DNA from: a candidate division WOR-3 bacterium
GTDB taxonomy: Bacteria > Hydrothermota > Tepidihabitantia > Tepidihabitantales > Tepidihabitantaceae
Reading direction: 5' to 3'
Length of the DNA: 64,000 nucleotides
NCBI GenBank assembly: GCA_965649295.1
Contig: CBFGKH010000009.1
Span: 1-64,000 of the forward strand
In this document: one piece after another, positions 27,589 to 38,071 of the stretch
Numbering within the stretch: the stretch's first letter is position 1
Layout of the letters: every line of letters begins with the position of its first letter
The notes under the pieces: model-generated
What the model saw: the letters and a program-made list of their open reading frames with translations, nothing else
Databases searched by the model: none
Told to the model about the DNA's origin: nothing
Translations under genes and position numbers: made by a program

Positions 27589-28086
27589 GTGGTAGTGGCA
27601 AAGCCTATCATTGTCGGCGTTGGTAACCGCTTGCGCGGTGACGACGCTATTGGCTGTCTTGTTATTGACCAGCTGGCTGGTTTTGACGAGGCCTTGACGA
27701 TTGACGCCGGTGTCTCACCCGAGGACTACGTTGACATTATTGTTCGTTCCGGGCCGGAACGGGTGCTCTTCGTAGATGCGTGTGATTTCGGTGGTCGGCC
27801 AGCTGAGACAAGGTTCTTTTCTGAAGCCGACATGGGCCGGATGGCGTGTGGATTGCTGTCCACTCACACCATACCGCTGCATCTTACTGCTACCCTGGTT
27901 GCCAGTGAAACGAAGGCCACGGTCCAGCTATTGGGAGTTCAACCCATTAGCATTGGGTTCGGCCAACCTTTGTCCGATGAGTTGAGCGATGCCATTCCCG
28001 CGATTATCGGCCTTTGCCGGGTTTGGGCGCGTGGTGCACCGAAACGTACCCGAGGGTGTGAAGTTTGCTCGCGTCTCGTTTCTTGA
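27589..28086 (+). CDS. Hydrogenase maturation protease (HycI-like)
   Basis: GVGN.LRGDDA.G, VDA.DFG and STH motifs. Confidence 0.9.
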   Translation: MVVAKPIIVGVGNRLRGDDAIGCLVIDQLAGFDEALTIDAGVSPEDYVDIIVRSGPERVLFVDACDFGGRPAETRFFSEADMGRMACGLLSTHTIPLHLTATLVASETKATVQLLGVQPISIGFGQPLSDELSDAIPAIIGLCRVWARGAPKRTRGCEVCSRLVS

Positions 28087-29347
28087 TGGCGTTGCGCGTG
28101 TCCAGTATTAGTTTGCTTTCGCTAAGTACAAGTTCGTAATCGAACTGGCTGTGGTCGGTAAGAATCATTACACAGTCGGCACGACGCAGCCGTTCCTTAG
28201 TAAGAGCAACTGACTTATACTGTCGTCCGTTGATTGTGATCACAGGGACGAACGGATCATGATATTCTATCTGACGGACTTTGCCCAACAATAGTTCCAT
28301 CACTTTGATTGCCGGGGAGTGTCGTGTATCCTCGACGTCGCGTTTGAAGGCTGCGCCAAGTAGCAACAGCCGCGCCTTCGAAGCAGGAATACCGCTAGTC
28401 CCGAGGATTTCGTAGAGTCGGCTGCAGACGTGGAATGGCATCGACTCGTTCGTCTGGGCGGCTAATTCGATGAAATTGGAATGGAAATCGTATTCGCGGG
28501 CCTTCCAGGCGAGGTAGTAGGGGTCGATCAGTATGCAATGCCCACCGATCCCCGGCCCAGGATAGAACGGCATAAAACCGAAGGGTTTGGTTGAAGCAGC
28601 CTTGATGACCTCCCAGACGTCGATGCCACCCATACGTTCGCACATCGTTGCCAACTCATTCACGAGCGCGATATTGACGCTTCGGAAGATGTTCTCCAGC
28701 AATTTGGACATCTCGGCAACACGGGGAGATGAGACTGGCAGAACATCTTCAACGAACTGGCGATAGAAAAGCACTGAGTAATCCGTACATTTCTTGGTTA
28801 CTCCGCCTACAACAACCGGCGTGGTGCGAGTGTTGAAACGACGGTTACCAGGGTCGATCCGTTCAGGAATGAAGGACAAGAAATAGTCTTTGCCTATTGA
28901 GTGTCCTGCTGCATCGAGGATCGGCTTTAGAACTCTCTCGGTCGTCTCGGGGTAGGTTGTGGAACGCAGTATCACGAGCGTTCCTTTACGCAGGTGGCGG
29001 GCGACCTTTTTGCCAGCGTCAATGATATATGAGACGTCCGGTTCCTTGTTGGCGGTGAACGGCGTGGGAACGCATATGTTCACGATTTCACACTCTCTCA
29101 AAACCGCGAAATCTGTTGTTGCTGTCAGTTTCTTTTGAGATACGACTTCTCTAATGTCAGCATCGGGCACATCGCCGATGAAGCTGCGGCAAGCAAGAAT
29201 TGATTTCACCTTATTGTCGTCAACGTCAATACCCACCGTTCGGTAGCCGGAACGGGCAATTTCGATCGACAAAGGTAGCCCGACATAGCCTACGCCGATG
29301 ACCGCTACTTTGGTGTCACGACGCAGAATGCGATTTGCTATGCTCAT
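28004..29347 (-). CDS. UDP-N-acetyl-hexosamine 6-dehydrogenase (WbpA/WecC family)
   Basis: GVGYVGLP, ICVPTP, STTYP.TT, PERIDPGN, KLLEN.FR.VNI and GGHCI..DP motifs. Confidence 0.92.
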   Translation of the reverse strand: MSIANRILRRDTKVAVIGVGYVGLPLSIEIARSGYRTVGIDVDDNKVKSILACRSFIGDVPDADIREVVSQKKLTATTDFAVLRECEIVNICVPTPFTANKEPDVSYIIDAGKKVARHLRKGTLVILRSTTYPETTERVLKPILDAAGHSIGKDYFLSFIPERIDPGNRRFNTRTTPVVVGGVTKKCTDYSVLFYRQFVEDVLPVSSPRVAEMSKLLENIFRSVNIALVNELATMCERMGGIDVWEVIKAASTKPFGFMPFYPGPGIGGHCILIDPYYLAWKAREYDFHSNFIELAAQTNESMPFHVCSRLYEILGTSGIPASKARLLLLGAAFKRDVEDTRHSPAIKVMELLLGKVRQIEYHDPFVPVITINGRQYKSVALTKERLRRADCVMILTDHSQFDYELVLSESKLILDTRNAIKKRDASKLHTLGYVSVHHAPKPGKGR

Positions 29348-29367
29348 CTGATTCTCCTTGTATTCGC

Positions 29368-30909
29368 TTAACTGCGGCGATCTAATGTACGATATTGGAT
29401 AGCCTCCGTGACGTGACCGGGAGTGATTTCTGCCTTACCATCGAGATCAGCGATCGTCCGAGCGACTCTTAAGACACGATGGTAGGCTCTCACGGATAGA
29501 CCGAGTCTATCAATGGCTGTTCTCAGTATTGAGTTCCCTGCCTCATTGAGTCGGCAGAATTGTTTGATTTGCTGTGGTCCCATTTGTGCGTTGCAGTAGA
29601 TAGTGCTAGTCCCACCAGCAAGACGGAAGCGTTCAAGCTGCCGACGTCTCGCTTCTTCAACTCTCTTTGCTACCTCGGCTGAACTGCACCCAGGTTGCTG
29701 TCCTGTCGATAGCTCCTTGTAGGAGAGCGCTGGTACGTCAATATGGATGTCGATGCGGTCCAAGAGTGGTCCGGAGATTCGGCTGCGGTAGTTGTGAATT
29801 TTGGGAGCTGAGCAGGTGCATGCGTGGCGTGTGTCACCAAGAAACCCGCAGGGACACGGATTCATTGCCGCCACCAGCATGAATCGGGCCGGAAAGGTGA
29901 AAGTCGCTTTAGCTCTGCCGATTGTGACGATTCCGTCTTCGAGTGGCTGACGTAGGGCCTCCAATACGCAACGTCGGAATTCCGGCAGCTCGTCCAAGAA
30001 CAGCACTCCGTTGTGAGCAAGCGAAACTTCGCCAGGGCGAGGGACGGTACCGCCGCCAACCATTCCTGCCTCAGAAATGCTGTGATGTGGTGCTCGGAAT
30101 GGTCTCGTAGCCACGAGCGGAGTTTCCATTGACAGTGTTCCAGCGACGCTGTGGATGCGGGTAGATTCAAGGGCTTCCTCAATAGTAAGAGGAGCGAGAA
30201 TCGTGGGCAGCCGACGCGCGAGCATGGTCTTTCCTGATCCCGGTGGTCCAATCATTAGAACATTGTGGCCACCAGCAGCGGCAATCTCAAGCGCGCGCTT
30301 TGCATGAGCGTTGCCGTGGACATCGGCGAAATCCGGCGCCTGTTTTGCAGCGGCTCGCAATAGCTCGCTGGCGTTGTCTCGTAGTGGCTCGATCCTTATT
30401 TCTCCGCGAATGTGTCTGACGGCTTCCGCCAGGGTGCCCACTGCAAACTTGGGAAAGCCGGAGACCATGCTGGCTTCTGCTGCGTTTGCAGTTGGTAGAA
30501 TCACCCCGCGCAGAGCTGCCCTCTGAGCAGCCACGGCCATCGCCACCGCTCCTCGGATTGCCCGCACCGAACCGTCGAGCGATAGCTCGCCGAGGACAAC
30601 TACTCTTTCCAGTGCAGCACTGGGAACCACACCAGTTGCAGCCAAAATGCCAATTGCTACCGGTAGGTCAAAGGCGGCACCCTCCTTTCCGATTTCCGCT
30701 GGAGCGAGGTTCACGGTGATGCGACGGCTAGGCACATGAAAGCCGGAATTCTTGATCGCTGCGGTGACTCGGTACTGTGATTCCTTGACAGAGGCATCAG
30801 GGAGTCCGACAACTGTGAACGTTGGTAGGCCGACTGAGATGTCGACTTCCACGGTGACGATGATGCCGTCTACGCCAATGATAGCTGCAGAGGTGACTCG
30901 TGCCAGCAT
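29368..30909 (-). CDS. comM: YifB/ComM family Mg-chelatase-like AAA+ ATPase
   Basis: VNLAPA, GELSLDG, GPPGSGKTMLA, RPFRAPHH, LFLDE.PEF, NPCPCG and SGPLLDRID motifs. Confidence 0.93.
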   Translation of the reverse strand: MLARVTSAAIIGVDGIIVTVEVDISVGLPTFTVVGLPDASVKESQYRVTAAIKNSGFHVPSRRITVNLAPAEIGKEGAAFDLPVAIGILAATGVVPSAALERVVVLGELSLDGSVRAIRGAVAMAVAAQRAALRGVILPTANAAEASMVSGFPKFAVGTLAEAVRHIRGEIRIEPLRDNASELLRAAAKQAPDFADVHGNAHAKRALEIAAAGGHNVLMIGPPGSGKTMLARRLPTILAPLTIEEALESTRIHSVAGTLSMETPLVATRPFRAPHHSISEAGMVGGGTVPRPGEVSLAHNGVLFLDELPEFRRCVLEALRQPLEDGIVTIGRAKATFTFPARFMLVAAMNPCPCGFLGDTRHACTCSAPKIHNYRSRISGPLLDRIDIHIDVPALSYKELSTGQQPGCSSAEVAKRVEEARRRQLERFRLAGGTSTIYCNAQMGPQQIKQFCRLNEAGNSILRTAIDRLGLSVRAYHRVLRVARTIADLDGKAEITPGHVTEAIQYRTLDRRS

Positions 30910-31256
30910 CAGAAGGCGCCAACGATGTGTTCGATACTTGGTTTCTCACCAAGGACGATCGATATGACGTCAAACCTCACTTCAACGTCACCGCAGTCGT
31001 GAGTGGCAATGTAAAGTTCTGCCAGCAGGCGGAGTTTCGAACGTTTTCGGTGTCCAACGGATTCGTGTGGCTGGGCTACTTCGGCGGAGGACCTTGTTTT
31101 GACTTCAACAAAGACAAGCGTTGATTCATCTCGACATACTATGTCTATTTCGCCACAATTAGTTCGGTAGTTACGGTCGATAATGCGGAGTCCGGCTCGT
31201 TGCAAAAAGTCAGAGGCGAGCCGTTCGCCGAGCTCACCCAATGTGTTAGTTGTCAC
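30909..31256 (-). CDS. yraN: YraN family putative endonuclease
   Basis: G..GE..A..FL, RNYR...GEIDI, FVEVKTR and RFDV motifs; GTG 31256 overlaps the rnhB stop. Confidence 0.9.
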   Translation of the reverse strand: MTTNTLGELGERLASDFLQRAGLRIIDRNYRTNCGEIDIVCRDESTLVFVEVKTRSSAEVAQPHESVGHRKRSKLRLLAELYIATHDCGDVEVRFDVISIVLGEKPSIEHIVGAF

Positions 31257-31864
31257 GCGGTAACCCGTGAGAATAGCTTCCGAACCGGGGTGAAGCTTCG
31301 CCGATGCAAGGGACAAGGCCCCAGCTCAGAAATTGCTCGCAGGTGTTTTGCTGTTCCGTAGCCGGCGTTGGATTCAAATCCATAACCCGGGAACCGATGG
31401 GCGAGCACCTGCATCAGGCGGTCACGATAGACCTTGGCGATGATCGAGGCGCAAGCAATCGAGTAGCTTCTCGCATCACCACGTATGAGTGTTGCGCAGC
31501 CAATGCTAATGTCGGGTACCGAGTCTCCGTCGATGAGCACGTACTCCGGCGCCGGGCGCAATTGGGCTATCGCTAGGCGCATGGCATGGAGGGTGGCGTT
31601 ACGGATGTTGCATCGCTCAATCAAACGTGGCGATGCTTTGCCAATGCCGATCGCGAGCGCGTGCCGTCGAACGGCATTGGCGAGTATCTCACGTTGCTTT
31701 GCGGTCAGCTCTTTTGAGTCGTTGACGCCGTCAATCCTGATGTGCCGTGGCAAGAGCACAGCTGCGGCCACAACCGGACCAGCGAGAGCGCCGCGTCCAA
31801 CTTCGTCGACTCCGCAGATCAGCGCGTCTCTTGTTCGTATCTTGAGGTCAAGACTTTGCCTCAA
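31253..31864 (-). CDS. rnhB: Ribonuclease HII
   Basis: [33 protein letters not shown] and HRRSF motifs. Confidence 0.96.
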   Translation of the reverse strand: MRQSLDLKIRTRDALICGVDEVGRGALAGPVVAAAVLLPRHIRIDGVNDSKELTAKQREILANAVRRHALAIGIGKASPRLIERCNIRNATLHAMRLAIAQLRPAPEYVLIDGDSVPDISIGCATLIRGDARSYSIACASIIAKVYRDRLMQVLAHRFPGYGFESNAGYGTAKHLRAISELGPCPLHRRSFTPVRKLFSRVTA

Positions 31865-32225
31865 TCTTGCGTTCTTTCAAGATTGCTTCGCGACCGCCAA
31901 GCTTGCGCAGGTAGTAGAGTTTAGCGCGACGAACCTTGCTGTGGCGTTTGATTTCGATCGAGGCAATAGCCGGAGTGTTGAAGGGGAATATGCGTTCGAT
32001 CCCAAAACCGCGACTAACCTTGCGGACGGTAAATGTTCGGTTCTGGCCGCTACCCCGTATACTAATCACCGTCCCCTGAAAGGCTTGAAGTCGTTCCTTG
32101 TCGCCTTCCTTGATGCGTATCTGGACGTTGACGACATCGCCGGGACTGAGATCAGGAATTACCTGAGTCTGTTGACCTGAGGGTAATGATTTTGATTCGC
32201 TAGTTTTTGCAGCTACTTTCGCCAT
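31848..32225 (-). CDS. rplS: 50S ribosomal protein L19
   Basis: PGD.V.V...I.EG.KER.Q.F.G, FTVRK.S.G.GIERIFP and [10 protein letters not shown] motifs. Confidence 0.97.
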   Translation of the reverse strand: MAKVAAKTSESKSLPSGQQTQVIPDLSPGDVVNVQIRIKEGDKERLQAFQGTVISIRGSGQNRTFTVRKVSRGFGIERIFPFNTPAIASIEIKRHSKVRRAKLYYLRKLGGREAILKERKIEAKS

Positions 32226-32979
32226 TTTTTGGCTCCTTTGATGAAATGCATCGAAAACTCATGATTCTTTCGCAGAGGCAGTTTCTTTCAGTCTCATTCA
32301 AGACTTCGTGTTGGAGAAGGTCGGGACGAAACCGTGCTGTGCTAATCAGCGACTCGCATCGTCGCCATGCTAGCACGGCGCCATGGTCACCATTGAGAAG
32401 AACCTTAGGTACGGCGTGTCCATCAAAGTTGGCAGGACGAGTGTAGTAAGGCGCATCGAGTATTCCAGTCGCAAAGGAGTCGGTGGTGACCGAATCCACA
32501 TTGCCAACTGCGTCAGGTAGCAGCCGAGCGGTAGATTCGACCACGGCGACTGCAGCAGCTTCACCCCCAGCAAGGACAAAATCACCTAGGGAAAGTTCTT
32601 CGTCGCAGTACATGGTTACTCGTTCATCGATTCCTTTGTATCGGCCGCAGACGAGCACGAGATGCCTCAGGCCAGCGTAGCGTTCGGCGTCTTGTTGAGT
32701 GAACCGCCGCCCGCGTGGTGTTAGCAGGACTGTCCGCGAATCCGGCCGACGAACTGATTGGATGGCTGCGACGATTGGGCCGGGTTTTAGCACCATACCG
32801 GCGCCGCCACCGAACGGATAGTCGTCCACTGTTCGGTGGCGGTCGCCTGCAAAGTCTCGCGGATTGACGTATGTGATAGCTAACTGTCCAGTCGTTTGGG
32901 CGACACGAGTTGGGCCACAGGCAAATGGGCCAGTGAAATACTCACGGAATACCGTGACCAACGTAACGGTCAATGCCAT
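32200..32979 (-). CDS. trmD: tRNA (guanine-N1)-methyltransferase
   Basis: [33 protein letters not shown] and YTRP motifs. Confidence 0.96.
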   Translation of the reverse strand: MALTVTLVTVFREYFTGPFACGPTRVAQTTGQLAITYVNPRDFAGDRHRTVDDYPFGGGAGMVLKPGPIVAAIQSVRRPDSRTVLLTPRGRRFTQQDAERYAGLRHLVLVCGRYKGIDERVTMYCDEELSLGDFVLAGGEAAAVAVVESTARLLPDAVGNVDSVTTDSFATGILDAPYYTRPANFDGHAVPKVLLNGDHGAVLAWRRCESLISTARFRPDLLQHEVLNETERNCLCERIMSFRCISSKEPKNGESSCKN

Positions 32980-33025
32980 CCTGACTGGAGCTATCGGTAA
33001 CTTTGCTAATCAGCAGGTCGGCAGA

Positions 33026-33262
33026 CTAGCGGCCATCCAAAATCTCGAACTCCGCTCGTTTCCCGAGTTTCTTCGCGGCCGCATCGACAATGGCACGGAT
33101 GGCTTTTGCCGTGCGGCCATCTTTGCCAATGACTTTACCCTGGTCGCCTTCGGCAACGGACACTTCGTACATCACGTGTCTTTCGCCAGCAAGCTCGTTG
33201 ACCTTCACCTGATCAGGATGGTCGACGAGAGCTCGAACTATGTACTCGATCATCTCTTTCAC
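33026..33262 (-). CDS. khpA: KH-domain RNA-binding protein KhpA
   Basis: LVD.PD.V and D.GKVIGK.GRTA.AIR motifs; located after rpsP. Confidence 0.93.
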   Translation of the reverse strand: MKEMIEYIVRALVDHPDQVKVNELAGERHVMYEVSVAEGDQGKVIGKDGRTAKAIRAIVDAAAKKLGKRAEFEILDGR

Positions 33263-33294
33263 GGTTTGCTCCTTTCCTGCCTAACCGGTAGGCG

Positions 33295-33624
33295 TCAATT
33301 CGCTGTCTCAGGCGTGACTACGGGTTCCGCGGTCGACGTCTGCGCCATCGTTGTTGTTACCGTTGCCTCTTCACCCGTGATATTGCCCGGGTGCTGGCGC
33401 TCATAGCGCTTGATCAGTCGAGCAACGGTTCCAGAAGGCTGGGCGCCGTGGCCAAGCCAGAAGTGAACGCGAGCAGTGTTGATGTTCAGCAGTTTCATTT
33501 TCGGATCGTAGCTGCCCACGGATTCGATGTACTCACCGTCCCGTGCTTTGCGTGAGTCGATCACGACGACACGGTAGGTTGGCCGGTTCCGCAAGCCCAT
33601 TCTGCGTAGTCGAATTCGTAGCAA
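33295..33624 (-). CDS. rpsP: 30S ribosomal protein S16
   Basis: IRL.RMG...P.YR.VV.DSR..RDG..IE..G.YDP and GAQPS.TV motifs; AAGGAG SD, TTG start. Confidence 0.97.
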   Translation of the reverse strand: MLRIRLRRMGLRNRPTYRVVVIDSRKARDGEYIESVGSYDPKMKLLNINTARVHFWLGHGAQPSGTVARLIKRYERQHPGNITGEEATVTTTMAQTSTAEPVVTPETAN

Positions 33625-33651
33625 AGTGTGCTCCTTATATTAGAATGGTTG

Positions 33652-33719
33652 AAGATACTCAAACCGCTGCAACTGTCAACATATGCGCTCCTTGACCCAA
33701 GGTTCGGCGTCGCTAGCAT
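33652..33719. promoter_or_regulatory. Back-to-back divergent promoters for rpsP (-) and OFOR alpha (+)
   Basis: Minus: TTGACA(33679-33674)-N16-TATCTT. Plus: TTGACC(33692)-N16-TAGCAT-N6-ATG. Confidence 0.65.
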
Positions 33720-33725
33720 CTGTCG

Positions 33726-35456
33726 ATGTTCGATGTGACCCTGTTGGTTGCCGGTCAGGCAGGCCAAGGAGTGGATACATCATCAGAACTACTGGCGCGC
33801 GCACTTTATCGGGTCGGCTACAACGTTTTTGCTTACCCTAATGTGATGTCTCGGATTCGGGGGGGCCACAACTACACATCGATTCGGGTGTCTGACCAGC
33901 CAGTTGCGTGTTGTGTCGCCCGGCATAATCTCCTGCTAGCGCTAGACGAGAGTTCATCCGATATCCATGCTACTGAGCTTGTTGATGGTGGTGTGGCGAT
34001 TCTTGATGGCGATGAAGCCAGGGAAGGTGACGAACGAAATAGAGTTTTACGGATACCCCTCACGAGAATTGCAGAGAGAGTCGGTGCCGATCTGACGATG
34101 CGCAATGTTGTTGGGCTAGGAGCTATGCTCGCTTTGGTTGGTCAGCCGCTCGATGCTATGTTTGATCTTATGCAAGAGCGATTCGGTGCGAAGGGTGAGC
34201 GAGTTGTGAGGTTGAATCGCGAGTGTTTGCGGGCAGGGGCAGATTACGCTGTCAGAAAGCTACGAGGAGGCTGTCTATGTGCAATTCCGGCTCTGAGTCG
34301 ACAACAAACAGGCAGACTGCTTACTGGTAGTCAGGCAGTTGCGTTGGGTGGGTTGGCTGCTGATGTGCGGTTCTACGCCGGCTATCCGATGTCACCGGCT
34401 ACGCCAATAATGGAGTTCCTGGCGCTGCAACAGGACCAGTTTCCGCTGGTAGTTGAGCAGGCCGAGGATGAGCTTGGCGCACTCAACATGGTTCTTGGGG
34501 CATCTTATGCTGGTGTACGAGCGATGACTGCAACCTCTGGTGGAGGTTTTTCACTGATGGTCGAAGCGCTGGGATTGTCGGGCATGACAGAGCTACCTTG
34601 CGTTGTTGTTATCGCACAACGGCCTGGGCCGGGAACGGGGTTGCCGACCAGGACCGAGCAAGGTGAACTGCTCTTTGCCATAAATGCGTCTCAGGATGAG
34701 TTTCCGCGTTTCGTGCTGGCTCCCGGCACTGCCGGTGAGGCGTTCAACCTGACACAGCGAGCTTTCGATTTGGCCTATCACTTTCATGTCCCGGCTATTA
34801 TTCTAATCGACCAGTACCTTGCTGATTCGCTTTGGACTGTTCCGTCTCTTCAATTGCACACCTCTGGCAGCATCGGCGATTTTGCAGAGAAGGACTGGGA
34901 GGGCAGAGCCCCAAACACTTTTTGCACCTATCTGGTTACCGATGATGGTATTTCACCTCGTGTGAGGCCCGGGATACTACCTCAGGCGGTTCATTGTATT
35001 GGTTCAGAACATACTGAAGAAGGGTATCCGACTGAGGATGCCAAGATTCGTATTGCGATGCAACGGAAGCGAATGGCCAAGTTGCGAGCGATGTCTACGG
35101 CGACCGGTAGTCTGGGAGGAGCGGTTGCCAGTGGGCAAGACAGTGATTTGGTCGTTGTTTGTTGGGGATCGACATTCGGGGTGGTCAACGAGGCAGTTGA
35201 CCGGTTGCGAACGGAGCATTATTCAGTCGGCTCGCTACATCTCTCGGCGCTCGCGCCCTTTCCGCGTGCGCAGGTCTTGGCTCGACTCAGTCAGGCGCGT
35301 TGCGTTGTTACGGTTGAGGTAAATTCGACGGGACAACTGGGCAGATTACTCCGTCGAGAGACGCTGATTCAACCAACCGCCGAAGTGCTAAAGTACGATG
35401 GCCGACCATTCACTGTTGATGAATTGGTAGAGGAGCTGCGTCCCTTTTGTGCTTGA
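33726..35456 (+). CDS. 2-oxoacid:acceptor oxidoreductase alpha subunit (KorA-type), copy 1
   Basis: G.AGQG, SRIRGGHN, GYPMSP, EQAEDE, TSGGGFSLM.E and RPGP.TGLPT motifs. Confidence 0.92.
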   Translation: MFDVTLLVAGQAGQGVDTSSELLARALYRVGYNVFAYPNVMSRIRGGHNYTSIRVSDQPVACCVARHNLLLALDESSSDIHATELVDGGVAILDGDEAREGDERNRVLRIPLTRIAERVGADLTMRNVVGLGAMLALVGQPLDAMFDLMQERFGAKGERVVRLNRECLRAGADYAVRKLRGGCLCAIPALSRQQTGRLLTGSQAVALGGLAADVRFYAGYPMSPATPIMEFLALQQDQFPLVVEQAEDELGALNMVLGASYAGVRAMTATSGGGFSLMVEALGLSGMTELPCVVVIAQRPGPGTGLPTRTEQGELLFAINASQDEFPRFVLAPGTAGEAFNLTQRAFDLAYHFHVPAIILIDQYLADSLWTVPSLQLHTSGSIGDFAEKDWEGRAPNTFCTYLVTDDGISPRVRPGILPQAVHCIGSEHTEEGYPTEDAKIRIAMQRKRMAKLRAMSTATGSLGGAVASGQDSDLVVVCWGSTFGVVNEAVDRLRTEHYSVGSLHLSALAPFPRAQVLARLSQARCVVTVEVNSTGQLGRLLRRETLIQPTAEVLKYDGRPFTVDELVEELRPFCA

Positions 35457-35465
35457 GGTCAGCTT

Positions 35466-36344
35466 GTGACCACGATTGTTGATTGGACGGGAGCCACCGA
35501 GGAGACCTGGTGTCCGGGTTGCGGTAACCGCGGGATACTACAGGCGCTGCGAGAGGCTTTGGTTGCATCAGGGCTGGAGCCAAGAGAGGTTGTGATTGTG
35601 GCTGGGATTGGACAGGCGGGAAAACTCGCCCATTACGTCGGTTGCAACTTCTTGCACGGTTTGCACGGGCGAACTCTGGTTCATGCGCTTGGTGTCAGAC
35701 TTGCTAACCATTCGCTCAAGGTTATTGCTGTGGGTGGCGACGGTGATATTTACGGTGAAGGTGGTAGTCATCTGTTGATGATGTTTCGCAGAAACGTGTC
35801 AATGGTCTGTCTCGTCCACAACAACGGAGTCTATGGCTTGACCAAGGGACAGCCATCGCCGACGAGTGGTTTCGGATTCGTGACGCGTGCCCGACCCGAA
35901 GGTACGGCTATGCCGCCGTTCAACCCGTTGGCAGCTGGTCTTGCTATGAACGGCACCTTCCTCGCCCGAGGATTTGCAGGCGATGTTGCTCATTTAGCTC
36001 GACTGATTCTGGAAGCTATTCGTCATCCGGGCTTCGGTTTTGTTGATGTATTGCAGCCTTGTATCACCTACAACAAGGTTAATACGTATCAGTGGTACCA
36101 GCGGCGAATACGCGATGTTGCCCTTGACAACCATAACCCAGCAGACCGCGAGGCGGCGCGGCGGGTCGTTTCGCAGTGGCCGCGTACCGATACGCGTGAA
36201 CCTGAACAAATACCGGTTGGTCTGATCTATCGTGCTTCGCGGCCAGTCTACGAGGAATCGTTCCCGGCATTACGCCAACAGCCACTTGTTTTCTCCCGCT
36301 ACGATGCCGCGCGGGTCCAACGGTTGATTGACAGCATGCACTGA
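35466..36344 (+). CDS. 2-oxoacid:ferredoxin oxidoreductase beta subunit (KorB-type), copy 1
   Basis: WCPGCG, LHGR, GGDGD and NNGVYGLTKGQ.SPT motifs. Confidence 0.92.
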   Translation: MTTIVDWTGATEETWCPGCGNRGILQALREALVASGLEPREVVIVAGIGQAGKLAHYVGCNFLHGLHGRTLVHALGVRLANHSLKVIAVGGDGDIYGEGGSHLLMMFRRNVSMVCLVHNNGVYGLTKGQPSPTSGFGFVTRARPEGTAMPPFNPLAAGLAMNGTFLARGFAGDVAHLARLILEAIRHPGFGFVDVLQPCITYNKVNTYQWYQRRIRDVALDNHNPADREAARRVVSQWPRTDTREPEQIPVGLIYRASRPVYEESFPALRQQPLVFSRYDAARVQRLIDSMH

Positions 36345-38071
36345 TGCCAGTTGATATAGCAATTTCGATTGTCGGTTCAGCCGGACAGGGTGTTCAATTC
36401 CTGGCGCGAGCGTTGGCACAGGCGTTTGTTCGTAGTGGATACTATGCCTTCTGCTCGCATGACGTAATGTCCCGCATACGCGGTGGCCAGAATTGTTCGC
36501 GGCTGCGGGTTGCCGATCGGGTCGTTGCCGCGGACGGAGACTCGTCTGATCTACTAGTGGTATTAGAGCCGCATTATCTTGCTGCGTGGTCTGGCGAGCT
36601 ACGGTCCGACGGCTGGGTAGTTATTGATGGTGGCGCGAGTCAAGGTGAGCATGTGGTGACTGTTCCGCTGCTCGATATGGCACTAAAGAGCGGTGGGAGC
36701 AAGCAGGCGATCAACATTGTTGCCGCCGGCGCCGTTTGGGCAGTTCTTGGCTGCGAGTTATCCTTGCTGGTTGGCGTCTTGAGGGATATGTTTGGGTCGC
36801 GCGGAGAGACAGCGGTTACGGCGAACACCGCGGCTGCAGTCGAAGGCTACAACCACGCGGCTCGGATTGCTGGCGCAACTTTACCGGTTCGCCTACCGCG
36901 ACTGACTGCAAGTGAACCGCGAGCGCTTATCGCTGGTTCCGAGGCTATCGCTCTTGGCGCGTTGGCTGCTGGCGTGGAACTGGTTGCTGGCTATCCGATG
37001 TCACCCGGTACGCCAATCCTTGAGTATTGTGCTCGACATGGTGGTAAAATTGGGACGATCGTTGAACAGACTGAGGATGAAGTGGCGGCTGCGAACATGG
37101 CCATCGGTGCGTTCTTTGCCGGTAAACGAGCGATGGTGGCGACTGCGGGTGGTGGTTTCGCTCTGATGAACGAGGCGCTCAGCCTAGCGGGTATTACTGA
37201 GACACCGGTAGTCTTCTGTGTCGGTATGAGGCCAGGACCGGCTACCGGTATGGCCACCCGTACTGCCCAAGCAGACCTGCTCTGGGTGATTCACGCCGGG
37301 CACGGCGAATTTCCGCGGGCGGTGCTGACGCCAGCCGACGCGCTGGGCGCTTTTCGTGGGATCCAGCAGGCTTGCTATCTGGCTGAGCGTTTTCAAATCC
37401 CGGTGATATTGCTCTATGACCAGTTTCTCGGCGATGCTCTGTGGACAGTTCCCGCTGGCGAATTGAGCTACCGAGTGCCCCGGTTGCCAGCCGACCCGGT
37501 ACCAGCCGCTCGCTACGCCTACCGTCGCTATGCCTTGACTCCGAGCGGGGTGTCACCGCGACTGCTGCCGGGTGTGGCTGGTCAGCTTGTCTATGTAGAC
37601 TCCGATGAACACACCGAGGGAGGACATATCACTGAGTCGGCAGAGGTTCGTGTCGAACAGGTTCGGAAGCGTGCGAGGAAACTTCTCGGTGTTGCTGCAC
37701 AGACGATTCCTCCGACCGAGTGGCCACCGAACAACACTGCAGAAACAATGGTGCTCTGTTTTGGTCCGACCCGTGGTATTGTTCACGAGGCAGTCAGCCG
37801 TCTTCGCGACAAAGGTCAGAACATCGGCATGCTTCATTTCGAACAGGTCTGGCCGTTTCCGGTCGAATCGGTCAAGCGAGTGGCAGGGCGCGTCAGGCGT
37901 TTGGTGACTGTTGAGGGTAATGCAACTGCTCAGCTCGGCCAACTGGTAGCGCAGGAGTGTTGTCTCGCCACCACTGGCAGCGTACTGAGATTCGACGGCC
38001 GGCAACTCCGGGTAGGGCAGGTGGAGCAAGCCTTGACCGATTTACTGGTTGGTGGTAATGAAGCCAATTGA
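36344..38071 (+). CDS. 2-oxoacid:acceptor oxidoreductase alpha subunit (KorA-type), copy 2
   Basis: G.AGQG, SRIRGG.N, GYPMSP, EQTEDE, RPGPATG and SDEH motifs. Confidence 0.92.
   Translation: MPVDIAISIVGSAGQGVQFLARALAQAFVRSGYYAFCSHDVMSRIRGGQNCSRLRVADRVVAADGDSSDLLVVLEPHYLAAWSGELRSDGWVVIDGGASQGEHVVTVPLLDMALKSGGSKQAINIVAAGAVWAVLGCELSLLVGVLRDMFGSRGETAVTANTAAAVEGYNHAARIAGATLPVRLPRLTASEPRALIAGSEAIALGALAAGVELVAGYPMSPGTPILEYCARHGGKIGTIVEQTEDEVAAANMAIGAFFAGKRAMVATAGGGFALMNEALSLAGITETPVVFCVGMRPGPATGMATRTAQADLLWVIHAGHGEFPRAVLTPADALGAFRGIQQACYLAERFQIPVILLYDQFLGDALWTVPAGELSYRVPRLPADPVPAARYAYRRYALTPSGVSPRLLPGVAGQLVYVDSDEHTEGGHITESAEVRVEQVRKRARKLLGVAAQTIPPTEWPPNNTAETMVLCFGPTRGIVHEAVSRLRDKGQNIGMLHFEQVWPFPVESVKRVAGRVRRLVTVEGNATAQLGQLVAQECCLATTGSVLRFDGRQLRVGQVEQALTDLLVGGNEAN

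Noticed and set aside
28004..28086. 83-bp convergent overlap of the hydrogenase protease and sugar dehydrogenase 3' ends
   Set aside because: Involves only non-conserved tails; common in compact genomes.
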